From positions 79,796,001 through 79,860,000 of the forward strand of contig CM052816.1 of assembly GCA_028534125.1 (NCBI GenBank): DNA of 64,000 bases, written 5' to 3'. The position numbers and the translations under genes are program-made. This DNA is from Lama glama (lineage: Eukaryota). The notes under the pieces were generated by a model, which did no database searches, was not told where the DNA came from, and was given only the letters and a program-made list of their open reading frames with translations. Positions 25,061-37,317 of the stretch are shown in pieces. Position 1 is the first letter of the stretch. Each line of letters opens with the position of its first letter.

Positions 25061-27013
25061 CTGTCCTCTGACAAGGATAAGCCTGAAGACACAAGACTGG
25101 AGGCTGGGGGTCCCAGTGGGGGCTGCTGATGCTCTATGAACTCGAACAGCAGCAGTAGAGAGAGAGGAGACTCTGGAAGTGAAATGCACAGGACTTGGGT
25201 GCGAAGGAAGAGGGAACATCGCGGATGAGCCCCTCATGCCTAATTTGGCTTAGGGAACTCGAGGGTGAGTTCAGCTTTGAACTTGCTCCGTTTGAGGTGT
25301 TTCTGGACATTTCTTTCTCTAGATAAGTTTGTAGCTCAGAGGAAAGGATTGAGGATCACAATTTGGGAGTCATCGGCTTAGAAGGGGTGAGAGGAGATCT
25401 CCCAGGAAGGGAGTCTAGATGTGAAACTCAGTGAGATGAGGCTAGACACCTGGGTCACGTCCACATTCAAAGGGCAGGTGGAATAAGAAGTGTCTGGATG
25501 GAGACAAAAAACAGGTGGAGACGTGAGGAGAGCGAGAAGAGGGTGGAGTCATGGAAGCAAGAGAGTGGAGAGACTCAGGAGGAGGGAGGGACCAGAGAGG
25601 CAAATGCAGCAGAGAAGGCCAGGCAACATAAGGGCTGGGACAAGCCCATTGGATTCCCGACTTAGCAGGTGACCAGCAGCTTTAGGCAGAGTGGGGTCAG
25701 TAGGTTGATGGGACGGAAGCCAGCCTGCACTGGGTTGAAATGTGAAGAGAGGGAGAGCAGAGTGAAAAATAATGGCCAATGCGCATCAACCAGTCTTTTT
25801 AGTTTTAGTAAGTTTGGTGAAAGGCAGGATAGCATTTGTATGGTGGCTAGAAGGGACCAGGAAGGTCGACACAGTTTTATTTGGTGCGGTTTGGATTTGG
25901 GTCACAAGAGCTTTAAGCCTGCTTGTTTATAAGTTGAGGGGAGGTGGAAGAGAAAGTGAAGATGCAAGAGAACACAGGATGTCTCCTGGAGGGAAGGTGA
26001 TGGGATCTTCAAAGGCCAAGGGCACAGGAGGAAAATCTGGAGGTGACTAGTAGAGACACCTCATTCTCCGAGCCTTCAGGCAAGAAATTAAGAATGGCTG
26101 TGGGAGCAAGCAAAGTCTTACCTGACAGCTTTTGAGAAACATGAGGCAAGATTGTCTATGAAGTAATGTGAGGGGTGTAGGAGTTGAGTGAGGAATTTGA
26201 GAAGAAGAGAAATTAGAACAGGAAAGGAAGCTGACAGAGGACAAGATTTAGGGCACCAGAAGTTAGGACCCTGCGTTTCTGGCGGTGTCAGTCTGCCCAG
26301 CAGTGTGATTCTTTACCACTTCTCAGCTCTGTGGGTTGGAGCACAGCAGTTCAATTATAGTTTCAATCGGAACTAGGACTTCACTGTATGGGTGCAGCAG
26401 CAGAAGGGTAGAATTGCAAGCAAAGTGAGGGGGCAGGTGAGAGAGTGGTTCAGACAATCACCCATGTGCTCCAAGCTGGGCAGGAAAGGGAGGAAGAGAT
26501 CTGAGTGGGGTGATAGACCAGAAGATAATGGAGAAACGAGGAGACTGAAGTTTTGGTAAAAAGGCAGATATAATGGGACTCAGAAATCAAAACATTCCTA
26601 GTGAAGAGGAGGCTCATGGCACCAGCCTCGGGTGTGCACAGATGCGGAGGAGCACAGATGAAGGTTCTGGGGGTTGTGGCCATCAAGAAACTGAGACGTG
26701 AGTTTGTCACCCTGGGTGATGGTGGAAGTGGAGTGTAGATAGAAGCCTAAGAGCTCAGTGGAGGTGGTGGAAGGACCGGAAGGTCAGCAGATGACAAAGA
26801 GGAAAAGGGCTAGAGCAGATGGTGCCAGAATTTTTACAGGACTGGAGGATGAATGGCCTGGACACAGCACTGGGGAGGGAGGAGACCAACCCAAGAGGGA
26901 AATGTAAGGAATGTCATGAAAACAAGATTTTGGATTCTTAGTCTAGCGCATTTCCTTGAAGTCACATTTGATTCCCTGACGATCCATTGCTCTGTTCTCC
27001 TTTGTCTCCTCAG

Positions 27014-27121
27014 ACATTCCGCATTGCACCCTCGATGTGCATCACTAAACCAGAAGTTGATTTTGCAGTGGAAGTATTCCGTTCTGCCTTAATCCAACAC
27101 ATGGAGAGAAGAGCTAAATAA
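27014..27121 (+). CDS. AGXT2: AGXT2 exon 14, last coding exon
   Basis: cctcag|ACA...TAA, 108 nt; [35 protein letters not shown]. Confidence 0.97.
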
Positions 27122-27324
27122 ATATATTTTTTAATTAAAAAAAACAACCCAGAGCCTCAAGAACTTCCCACTCATGTTTAAGCAATAGTTTGAGAAATTC
27201 CAGAGCCCCTGGTATATGTTATAAAAGACATGGTTGACTGCCTACCAGCCATGTTTGTAAATGGAGCCCCTATTATCTTGAAAAATCCATCTTTGAGGAA
27301 AAGATCTCCATCCCTAGCTCAGAG

Positions 27325-27330
27325 AATAAA
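27325..27330 (+). terminator. Candidate proximal polyadenylation signal of AGXT2
   Basis: AATAAA about 200 nt after the stop; a second AATAAA lies at 27665-27670. Confidence 0.5.
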
Positions 27331-27479
27331 TCCTAATTAGCCTAGGTTAGTTATGGTCATTTGATTCCCCTATGATATGTGACATGATTCCTGAAGGAAG
27401 CCCCTTTGGTGGAGATGTTTCAGGGAAAGGTTTCTTCATCTTTCCCTCTCAGTCTCCTAAAGTGATGTCTTCTTCTTGC

Positions 27480-27735
27480 ACTGAAACATCCTGCGTCATG
27501 ATAGAACTGCTCCAACCATGCCAGCCACTTTGCAGCCATGAAGACAAAGCTTATTTGCTGAAGCTGGAAGATGGAAGGAAGCCAAGTCCTTAGTGATGTC
27601 AATGTGCCACTGACTTAATCAATCCTGGAGCTACCATACCTTGGGGCTTCTTGTTAAATGAGATAATAAATTCAATGTATTGCACAAGCCTTTTTGATTT
27701 CAGTTTTCTATTACTACAGCCACAAGCATCCTGAG
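27480..27735 (+). mobile_element. MaLR LTR (MLT1J/K-like) in the AGXT2 3' region
   Basis: aagatggaaggaagccaagtcct...cttcttgttaaatgagataataaa...ttttctattactacagcc...catcct pattern; limits approximate. Confidence 0.65.
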
Positions 27736-28215
27736 GAACGGTGCAGAAAATACCCCAGGTAGATAACTGTCCTCTTCTTTAACTCCCTTTAGATGTCTAT
27801 CAGAGCCTTCTCTGTGTTCACTGCCATCAACCCAGCCTGGACTAAACCCTCCTTACTCCTATTGCAATAGTTTCCAAGACCAGAATTTCCCAAACTTTAG
27901 TCATTAGAATGCACATGTATAGTGTTTTTCCCCATTAGTGTACACCACCTGTATTAAAATTGACTTAATATTTTCCCTCAATTTGACTTTTTTTACTTCG
28001 ATGTATTTGATAGTAACATTACTATAATTATAATAAATGAGAAATCAGTGCCACTTGTCACAACTGAAAAGTGATCAAAAAATAGAGCTAACACAAAGCA
28101 ATGTAATTCAGTTCTAGCAAGATACAGTTGCTGGCAGATATTCTGAACCTAAGGCTTATTCTTTGTTCAAAAGGGAGCTTAGAGACTATTTGAAGAGTGG
28201 TAAAAGATACTGGCC

Positions 28216-28909
28216 CAGCCACTGTGTAAAACAGTATGGAGATTCCTCAAAAGACTAGGAATAGTCTTACCATATGACCCAGGAATTCCACTCCTGGGCA
28301 TATATCCAGAAGGAACCCTACTTCAAAAAGCCACCTGCACCCCAATGTTCATAGCAGCACTATTTACAGTAGCCAAGACATGGAAACAGCCTAAATGTCC
28401 ATCAACAGATGACTGGATAAAGAATAGGTGGTATATTTATACAATGGAATACTATTCAGCCATAAAAATGACAACATAACGCCATTTGCAGCAACATGGA
28501 TGTCCCTGGAGAATGTCATTCTAAGTGAAGTAAGCCAAAAAGAGAAAGAAAAATACCATATGAGATCACTTATATGTGGAATCTTAAAAAAAGAACATAA
28601 GTACAAAACAGAAACAGACTCATAGACATAGAATATACACTTGTGATTGCCAAGGGGGCAGTGGGGTGGGAAGGGACAGACTGGGAGTACAAAATTTGTA
28701 GATACTGACCGGCATATGTAGAATAAATAAACAAGATTATACTGTATAGCACAGGGAAATATATACAAGATCTTGTGGTAACTCACAGTGAAAAAAAAAG
28801 TGACAATGAATATATGTATGTTCATGTGTAACTGAAAAATTGCGCTCTACACTGGAATTTGACACAACATTGTAAAATGACTATAACTCAATAAAGTACG
28901 TTTGAAAAA
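28216..28909 (+). mobile_element. Young 5'-truncated L1 (ORF2 C-terminus and 3'UTR)
   Basis: QPLCKTVWRFLKRLGIVLPYDPGIPLLGIYP...CTPMFIAALFTVAKTWKQPKCPSTDDWIK...YTMEYYSAIK; AATAAA, poly-A, perfect 14-bp TSD aaaagatactggcc at 28202-28215 and 28910-28923. Confidence 0.95.
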
Positions 28910-29459
28910 AAAAGATACTGGCCAACCAAGACCAGAACTGATTGGGAAGGAACTTTCTCAACATATATTTGATGTTTATTTAAGCTGTGCCCTTGTGCGA
29001 AGCGGTGTCCTAACGGCCTACCCCTGAGGTGTGTCTGTTCTGCTTAGACATCCTACACCTTCCTGATAAATTTCTCCCTCAGGAGTTGACTTGAACATGG
29101 CAGTCCCTTGTGCAAAAGCTTCCAGTGGCTCCTCAGTGTCCCCTGGATAAGATCAAAATCCTTTTAACAGGGAGCTCAATGCCCTTCAGGAGCAAACATT
29201 TTAGAAATGCTCTGTTTTGGCACAATAGAGAGATGATTGGATTAAGAGCCAAGTAACCTGAGTTCTAAACTCAGTTCTTCCATTTATTTGCTATAGAGGA
29301 CCTTGGGCAAGACTTTTAACCTCGTTTTGTCCCCAGGTACATCAATACTTGCCCTTTCTACCTCCTGAATTGTCTTGGGAGTCAAGTAAGCTAGCAGATA
29401 TAAAAGTGCTTGCAAACTGATTAACTATACAAATAGACATTTCTACCTTCAAGCTACAT

Positions 29460-30490
29460 TTCCCTTCTTTCTTTCAGTACAAAATCTTCCAAGAGCAGCT
29501 TTTGTGCTCCAGTGTCCTTGCTGGCCTCCCACCCATGCCTCAACAACCAGAGTTTTGTTCTGGCCTCTCACTCCTTGGCAACTGTCTTCTCAAAAGGCCA
29601 CCAGTGATTTCCTTATGGCCCAAACTTAATGTTTACTTAGGTTTTTCTTTCTAAACAATGGCTCCTTCTTGAAAACGATTTATTTGGCTTCTGCAATATG
29701 CTCTTTCTTTCTTAGATGGTACCTTCTTGGCCTTCCCTGGCAACTCCTCCACTACAAGGTTCTGTCCTGGGCCATCTCTTCCTCCATGCTATACTCTCTC
29801 CCTGTTGTCAACCTCATCTACTTTGGAAATTTCCCCTATCTTGACTATACTGATGATTTCCAAATATTTATCTTCCATTGCAACCTTTTTGCTGAGTCCC
29901 AACCCCAAGATGCTAGCTATCTGGACACCTTCATCTGGATGTCACAAGGACACTTCCACATTTCTAACACAAGACACACTAAAGCTCTCTCTTACAATGA
30001 ATTCCTTCTTGATTAATACCCCTCTTGTTCAGGCTCATAATTTAGGGCATTATTTTTCCCCAAGTTATCTTTTTTCCTTTCACATGGCTAAGTCTATAAA
30101 TACTTTCTCCAACATAAATTTTCAGATATGGCTCATTTATACCAAAACTGCTTTAATGTGGGCCATCATCTTCTCCCTTAAATTATTTAAAGTGCCCTCT
30201 TACCTGGTATTCTGGACTTTTCCCCAATCCATTCTCAACATTGATTCCAAAGTCACTTAATTCAAGGATAAGTGTGATCACATCTCTCATCTCTTGAAGC
30301 CTTTGAAGGCTCCCTGTTGCCCATGGAACAAAGCCCAACTCCAACTATCATGGCATTCAAGAGCCTTCACGATTCGTCCCCAGACCAAGTGTTCAAGCTT
30401 TACTCCCATTGTTCTCTCCATGTCGTGCATGTTGATTCTTTGCTCCTATAGTTCACTCTACCTGGAACACTCGTCCTCTCTTCTTTGTCA
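29460..30490. mobile_element. L2 LINE fragments
   Basis: Pyrimidine-rich decayed L2 motifs (tgatgatttccaaatattta, tggatgtcacaaggacacttc, atggcattcaagagccttc); similar debris near 1.9-2.5, 18.5-19.1, 24.0-26.9 and 33.35-33.7 kb. Confidence 0.65.
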
Positions 30491-30538
30491 GTGGAAATTA
30501 TGGAATCAAGGAGACTGGACAGGAAAACCAACACTTAC

Positions 30539-30583
30539 TTCTTTGTCATTCTTCAAAGTCTTCCCATTTTCAATAGTTCTTTT
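30539..30583 (-). pseudogene. Fossil-gene exon (last one detected)
   Basis: ttttactttatcttgaaag|AAA...GAA|gtaagt, 45 nt, phase 0-0, open: KRTIENGKTLKNDKE. Confidence 0.7.
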
Positions 30584-30845
30584 CTTTCAAGATAAAGTAA
30601 AAGGGGAAAACATTGAAAATTACATTTATGATAATCATTTAGAAATGTAGTAAAATGTGAAGAGAAAACAATAAAACACAAATTTGTTTTGCATTGTATT
30701 GCATTTTTTATTTTTTCAAAGCCCTTTACAACCATTATGCTGATTTATTCCTACAATTGCAAATGAGAGGGATGAAGAGTCCTTGGGCAGTTCCTTAGAA
30801 TGGAGACAATGATGGGGATAAGGTACCAACATAGGAAAGTCTTAC

Positions 30846-30952
30846 AGGAACAGATCCAGATAAATGTGTGTGTCAAGCTTAAACATGTGGATCTAAAGAT
30901 GCTTCTGGCATTTAGCAGAGATTGCCCAGTAACTAGCTGTCTGTGCTAAACT
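30846..30952 (-). pseudogene. Fossil-gene exon
   Basis: ttttgttttattag|AG...CCT|gtaaga, 107 nt, phase 1-0: FSTDS*LLGNLC*MPEASLDPHV*A*HTHLSGSVP. Confidence 0.65.
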
Positions 30953-31225
30953 CTAATAAAACAAAATTTGATACAATACAGAGACAAAAACAAAAGTTTT
31001 CATGTTCAGGCCAAGGTTCCTGCTAGGACATCCTCTCCAGGAAGAAGGGGCCTGAGGGATTTAATCATTCAGATGAATTCATAGAACACATTCCTCATGG
31101 CTTCCTGAGTCCTAGAGAATCTTGCGTACATCTATATATATCCTGTCCGTCTCCCATCACCAGGGTCATTGCAGAGTAAAAGCCAGCAATGGAACTCGGA
31201 AACGTAGCCAGGTCCCGGGTCTCAC

Positions 31226-31325
31226 TTCTTAACTGTGAAGTTTGCATGGCTCTACCCAAGTGCCTGCTGATCAGAATAAACTCTTCCTCCTTGTTAACTA
31301 GCATTTGGGGATTAAGATGCATAAG
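31226..31325 (-). pseudogene. Fossil-gene exon
   Basis: cctctgatag|CTT...A|gtgaga, 100 nt, phase 0-1, open: LMHLNPQMLVNKEEEFILISRHLGRAMQTSQLR. Confidence 0.7.
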
Positions 31326-31519
31326 CTATCAGAGGCACGGAGTAGGAAGGGCAAACACTGTGGCCTTGAGCATGTATTCGCTTCTTTCATTAGTTTATGC
31401 ACATGATGGATTCCTACTTCTCTCTCCATTTGGAACTACGGGTAGGAGTTTGGCACCACCATTTCTTGCCCTTCCATTTTCTGCTCTACCCACAGGAGGT
31501 GGGCTGTAAGCCAGCTTAC

Positions 31520-31581
31520 ATAAGGCAAGAAGCCCACATGGTTGCCAAGCTCTTTTTTATTTCCTTTCTTGTTAAAACTGC
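31520..31581 (-). pseudogene. Fossil-gene exon
   Basis: cttcactttag|GC...TAT|gtaagc, 62 nt, phase 1-0, open: SFNKKGNKKELGNHVGFLPY. Confidence 0.7.
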
Positions 31582-31842
31582 CTAAAGTGAAGATAATGAA
31601 CATTCTGCCCAAGTAAACTTTTTTCCACACAAGGAACATATTGACAGTTAATCATGTGATTAGAACATAACATTAAAATGTTGGCAACTCTTTAAAAACC
31701 CTTGAAATGACAATCTACTCAGGAGGGGATAATTTTTTTAAAAAAGTATCAAGCTTTGGTTATATGATTAATAATAATTATTAAAAAGAGATGCAATGTA
31801 ACACTGATAAATTGGTAATACTGTCATAAAGTATGCACTTAT

Positions 31843-32104
31843 TTGTGTTCTAAAGCTGTCTTTTACAATCAGTGTAGTTTCTAACTTTTCAGTAATTCAA
31901 CGTAACCTCAAAAGGTATCTTTAAACTATAGAAGGACTTGATTTTTCTTCTACTTTTAAATCCCACTTAAATCTCATCGACATTGGCCACTTCATCATCA
32001 CTTAATGCCAGAGCATCGTAGTCATGGTTCAGAGGCAAGTCTGCGGGCTCTGGACCCTGCACGCAGCAGCAGGTTGCTCGGGGTAATTACAGCTGAGGCA
32101 CAAA
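31843..32104 (-). pseudogene. Fossil-gene exon
   Basis: atttttacag acceptor, decayed donor ataagt, 262 nt, phase 0-1: ...GPEPADLPLNHDYDALALSDDEVANVDEI*VGFKSRRKIKSFYSLKIPFEVTLNY*... Confidence 0.6.
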
Positions 32105-32370
32105 CTGTAAAAATGGTGCAGCTTTGCCCATAGTAGAGTCCAACACCACAAAGTGTCTCAACAAAGACAAGAGGACCACCTACCTCAGTAAGAACAAAGA
32201 CACAGAACCAAAGGCTCAGTTACAGCGATCCCTTCAGGTCTCATTCAGATAAAGGTGGGCCACCCTGATCTGATTGGTGGCAGATGTTAGGGAGGGTTCG
32301 GTAGAAGTGAAGGGGTTGTTAGTGCTAGTAATCCAGGACAGAGAACATAAAGAGACATCAAGAACACATT

Positions 32371-32512
32371 GGGGAGGGGAGGTATAGCTCACTGGTAAAG
32401 TGAGTGTTTAACATATACAAGGTCCTGGGTTCAATCCCATTAAACAAACAAACAAACAAACCAAATCCTCCCTCCAAAAAAAGAATAAAAAAAAAACTTA
32501 AAAAAAAAAAAC
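32371..32512 (+). mobile_element. tRNA-Ala-derived SINE (vic-1-like)
   Basis: ggggagg...tatagctcactggtaaag...ggtcctgggttcaatccc, A-rich tail, 10-bp TSD agaacacatt at 32361-32370 and 32513-32522. Confidence 0.85.
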
Positions 32513-32969
32513 AGAACACATTTAATCAAGAGCTAGTTGGGGAGGGTCACTGCGGACAGTAACTAAGGAAAACACAAACTTTTAATTAGATGCAGCAAAA
32601 CAATGAAACGGAAGGAGCCCGCCCAAGCTCTCCACTTGATTTGTTTTGGGCAAATGAACCTCTCTGAGCTGAAAGTTCCTTGGGTCCAAAGAGAGGATCG
32701 TATAACCCCATGGACCCCTTGGGAGGATTTAAATAAGCAAATACACTGGCAGCTGCTTAATTAATATTAACTCTTTCCTTAGCGTCACTTTCCTTTTGAT
32801 ACAGGACTTCCTCAGCTGGCCCTTGGCTCTCACCATCGTGGGATAATGTTGACTTCTGTGTCTTACCTCCTAACCAGACTCTGAGCTCCTGGCAGGGTTA
32901 CCTTGTCTTCTCCATCCTCATGTGCATCAGGCCTAATACAGTGCTCCCCATAGAAAGGCAAAAACTAAC

Positions 32970-33187
32970 TCCCAGTGGTGCCGTGTGCATTTTATCCACA
33001 GACACATCCACAGGCTACGGTGTCACCGGCAGTTTAACACGGCAGTTAGCCCACCTGAAGTAGACGAACACATGGTATACACTGACAAGCACACACAATG
33101 AGAAATATATAATACATAAAGAAATATGTATTTACAAATTGAATGCTTCGTATATATACAATTTTGGTAATACAATACCACAGATAA
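32970..33187 (-). pseudogene. Two fossil-gene exons (33136-33187 and 32970-33081)
   Basis: ctttctaaag/gtaaat, 52 nt, phase 1-2: ICGIVLPKLYIYEAFN; gcttgtcag/gttagt, 112 nt, phase 2-0: VYHVFVYFRWANCRVKLPVTP*PVDVSVDKMHTAPLG; the intervening intron is only 54 nt. Confidence 0.6.
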
Positions 33188-34635
33188 CTTTAGAAAGAAA
33201 AGGAAAGCACTCTTGGATGGATGATGAGGCCATAATAACCACAGAAGGAACCGAGCGTGTTCTCAGGAGTCAGAACCAATAGCTCCTATTGGTTCTCTCT
33301 TTCTCTGGAAACTCTGACTAATATAATCCCCCAGCTGCCAAATCCAACAGCCCTCCCCTTACTTGGCATCTCTGTGGCAGCTGACTCGGCCATCTTCTCC
33401 GTTTTTTTAACGGCTCCGCAGTCATTGTCTTACTACCCTTTTAGTCCTTCGCATTCTCATGCATTGGTCTTTGATTGGTTTGCTCCTTAAGGCTGGTTCC
33501 CCCCAGGAATTTTTATCTCAGCCTCTTTTTTTTCTTCCTCCTTCTCCCTATACTTAATCTGGGGGGGGGGGGTTTCATCCATTATCCATGATGGCTTTAC
33601 TATCTAAACGCATCTCCAGGGCCACCTCCTTCAGGCCTATACACTCACATTGTCAGCACCTCCTTGACCGTTTTCTGCTGGGTACCGAATGCGTTCTCTC
33701 CCTCCTCCCCAGAACATAAATGCTTTCCTGGCCTCAGGAGGTATTGATTGAGCCAACTACCTTCTTTCTGTAAGTGCCTAGTACTAAATCGCCTCCCCGC
33801 ACAAGCCAGTCTTACCCAAACCTCTGCTTCTTGCTTGCCTCCCTGCCATCCTTTTGAGCTACCCTATCCCCCAGCACAGCTTTCCTGCCTCCTCTAACTG
33901 CCCCAGCCCTGGCTGTCATGGCTGAATGGGAGTTTCACCGCTGGCCCTTGGCACAGTCTTGGCCTTCCTTGTCCTACTCACTGCTCTGTTCCCTTCCCTG
34001 TCACGTTGCCCACGCTGACAGTCATCAACACATCCTTATCCATGCAAGAGTTAAGCAGTGAGCTGTTCCTGTTATCTCTTTCTCTGCTCCAGCTCAAAGT
34101 CCCAACTTGCAGGCATCACTGATTGGCACTTGCAGCAATTTTTTAAAAAGCAAAGAAGTAGGAGGAGACAGTGAAAAGTATGCCAGAAATAAAATATTTT
34201 AGAGACTTTTTTCTTCCTGTGATGGTACTGGGGACGAGGGATGTCACTGTAGGGAGTGAGCTCTAGCAGAGGGGTCATTAAAAACCACTGTCTGGCTGAG
34301 CGGGCCTCCAGCTAGCTTCATTTGGCACTGCCACGCACCGGGACCTGGCGCAGGGGCCTGGCCCATGCTTCTCAGTGGTCCTGTGCTGATGCCACCAATC
34401 TGGGCAGGAGGGTCCTCTTTATTCTTGGTAACATCCCTAGAGTCAACTCCTAGACCCTGGGAGCCATCTCCGGTAAACCCCCTTCTTCCTTCTTTTCAGC
34501 GATATCCTCCCCTCCATCCTTTTTTCAGCAAGGAGCCCCTTCCCTTCCCAGGAGCATTGCCTTCCTCTACCCGTTCACCTCTTCTCGTGCTTCTTCAAGC
34601 GGCATCTTTACACCCAGAATCAACTCCTCCCTTAC

Positions 34636-34802
34636 TCCTCTAACCCTTCCAGAGAGGCCGTAGGAAGAGGAGGTAGGTTTTGGTACAAAGAAGCAAGATG
34701 TATTTTCATTCAATCTTTTAGTGGGGCAAAGAAAGGTAGACCAAAAAGGTTAGTATCTGCTTCCAAGTTTTAAAGATTCAGATTTTGCCATTCTTGAAAT
34801 AT
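34636..34802 (-). pseudogene. Fossil-gene exon
   Basis: ttctgaaag|ATA...GA|gtaagg, 167 nt, phase 0-2: IFQEWQNLNL*NLEADTNLFGLPFFAPLKD*MKIHLASLYQNLPPLPTASLEGLE. Confidence 0.65.
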
Positions 34803-34844
34803 CTTTCAGAAGTGCATACAACATAGGTGAGCAATTTTTTAAAA

Positions 34845-36310
34845 ATATATTTGAAAAGGAAGAACAAAATTGGAGGACTCACATTTCTGGATTTCAAAAC
34901 TTACTAGGAGGGAAACTACCATAATCAAAACAGTTGGTACTAGCATAAGGACAGACATTTAGACCAACAGAACACAACAGAGAGCCGAGCCAACAGTAAA
35001 CCCATCCAAATATGGTCAATTAATTTTTGACAAGACCACTCAATGGAGAAAGAATCTTTTCAACACATTGTGCTGGAAAAACTGGTTATGCACATGCAAA
35101 AGAATGAAGTTGGACACTTCCCTTACAATATATACAAAAATTCACCCAATATGAATTAAAGACTTAAGCCTAAGAGAGAAATCTATAAAACTCTTGGAAG
35201 AAAATATAGGTAAACATCTTCATGACAGAGTTGGTAATAATTTCTTGGATAAGGCGAGGGAAGAAAAAGTAAGTAAGTTGGGTCTATTCAAAATTAAAAC
35301 ATTTTGTGCATCTCAGGGCACTGTCAAGAAAGTAAAAAATAGCCCACAGAAGGGGAGAATATGTTTGCAAACCATTTATCTGATAAGAGCTAAATATCCA
35401 GAATATATGAAGAACTCCTACAATTCAACAACAATTTAAAAAAAAAAAAACTTGGTGCAAAAATGGGCAAAGGTCTTGAATAGACATTTCTCCAAACATG
35501 ATATACAAATGGCCAATAAGCACATGAAAAAATGTTCAACATCACTAGTCATTAGGGAAATGCAAATCAAAACTGCAATGAGACACCACTTATACCCATT
35601 AGGATGGCTATTATATTTAAAAAAAATATAGAAAGAATAATACCAGAAAATAACAAGTGTTGGCGAGGATATGTAAAGATTAGATATCTTATGCATTGCT
35701 GGTGGGAATGTTTCCATTGTGGAAAACATTCTGACAGTACTCCCAAAAGGTAAACATAGAAATACCTTATGAATCAGCAATTCCACCTTAGGGTATATAT
35801 CCAAAAGAATTGGAAGCAGGAATTCAAAGAGATATCTGCACAAACACGTTGATAGCAGCGTAATACAGAAAAATCAAAAGATGGAAACAACACAAATGTT
35901 ATCAGTGGATTGATGGATAAATAAAATGTGGTCTACGGACACAATGAAATAGTATTCCATCTTAAAAAGGAAGGAAATTCGATACAAGCTGTCACATGGA
36001 TGAACCGTGAAAACACCATGCTAACTGAAACAAGCCAGTCACGAAAGGGTAACTGTTGTACAATATTGTATGCTTCCACTTACACGAGGCCCCTAGAGTA
36101 GGCAAACTCATAGAGACAGAAAATATAATAAAGGTTACCAAGAGTTGAAGGGAGGAGAGAATGGGAAATTATTGTGTAACAGATACAGTTGCTGTCTGGG
36201 ATGATGAAAAAGTTCTGAAAGTGGGCTAGTGGTGACGACCACGCAACTTTGTGGATGTGATTAATGCTAGTGAATTGTATACTTAAAAATGGTTAAGTTG
36301 GTAACTCTTA
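34845..36310 (+). mobile_element. Old L1M (L1MB-like) ORF2 and 3' fragment
   Basis: gaacaaaattggaggactcaca...gaatagacatttctccaaa...gaaatgcaaatcaaaac...aaaatggttaag, with many disruptions. Confidence 0.9.
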
Positions 36311-36462
36311 CGACAATTTTCCAAAGATTTTTAAAGAACATAGTTATGTATGAGAATATTTCTTCCATTGAGGACAGAGTGAAGAATTAATAGGGATTTA
36401 GATTGCATAAATGAATGAATGACAAAGATTCAGTCTCATGAAAGCAAATAGGCCTCACTTAC

Positions 36463-36558
36463 ATAACTAGGTGAGAAAAATGTTCCCTGTAGCACAGAGA
36501 ACTCATGTCTTTCCTTCATGGATGGGTTTCTTAATACCAGACATTTCTCAGATCCCTT
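36463..36558 (-). pseudogene. Fossil-gene exon
   Basis: ttcctttgttccaag|AAG...TAT|gtaagt, 96 nt, phase 0-0, open: KGSEKCLVLRNPSMKERHEFSVLQGTFFSPSY. Confidence 0.75.
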
Positions 36559-36903
36559 CTTGGAACAAAGGAAGGAACAAAGCCCGCTCTCTCATCTGTA
36601 AAATGAGTATGTTGCACTGAATGGATAAGCTCGAAGGTCCCCATCAGCCCCAGCTTTCTGCTACTCTCCGAAATTGTGAAGGAGCAGCAGGGCGCCGTAA
36701 GACAGCTTTTGTGTATTTTTTCCCTGGAAACAGAGTGGAAGAAAGTGCGTTCTCAGAGAGTCTGAGCTCTGTGGCTTTGGGAGTTTGCAGACTCGTTCAG
36801 CCCCGGCTTCCAAGGTCTTCTGGCAGACAGGTTATGTTCCTAAGTGCCCGTAAGGATGCCAGAGTGTTGCTAACGATGTAGGAAATTGGAAAGCAAGTCT
36901 CAC

Positions 36904-37003
36904 AGACCTTCATCCTATAGTGAAGTGTTTGGCACAGAAGTTAAACCCCAGACACAAATGATACATGATTCAGATGAAGGGGAAATTCTGCTTAATAAGG
37001 TAA
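36904..37003 (-). pseudogene. Fossil-gene exon
   Basis: taatgtatag|T...TCT|gtgaga, 100 nt, phase 2-0: YLIKQNFPFI*IMYHLCLGFNFCAKHFTIG*RS. Confidence 0.65.
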
Positions 37004-37317
37004 CTATACATTAAAAATAAATAATAAAGCTTTAGGCATTAAGGTTTCCATAGGGGTAATGAATCAATTCGTAAAATTCCAAAATAAATTCATTTTTAAA
37101 ATGTATAATGCTTTTATTAGGGCCCCCCTCTCCAAAAGGGTGATCACTTTGTGGGGAAGGCATCACTGAATTCTCTCCCGAGGTAGAGCAGAGCTAATAC
37201 AGATAGGATGATAAAGAATTAAACTTGAGATCCATTAAATTTTAAAGCAAATAAGACACTGGGACTAAGAAGCTGAAGTTTCCATTTGAAAATGGATCAT
37301 GGGGTCAAAACAGATAC

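Noticed and set aside
27170..27332. Possible terminal exon of the fossil gene antisense to the AGXT2 3'UTR (DLFSELGMEIF...)
   Set aside because: The acceptor lacks a pyrimidine tract and there is no independent support.
28391..28825. 144-aa minus-strand ORF
   Set aside because: Antisense reading of the L1 insertion; the same applies to 35436-35843.
29669..30650. Long plus-strand ORFs (177, 115 and 118 aa)
   Set aside because: They lie in pyrimidine-rich L2 debris, have no splice context and give no recognisable protein.
33363..33440. Extra fossil-gene exon ending in gtaagg
   Set aside because: It sits in L2-like sequence, has no clear acceptor, and the chain is phase-consistent without it.
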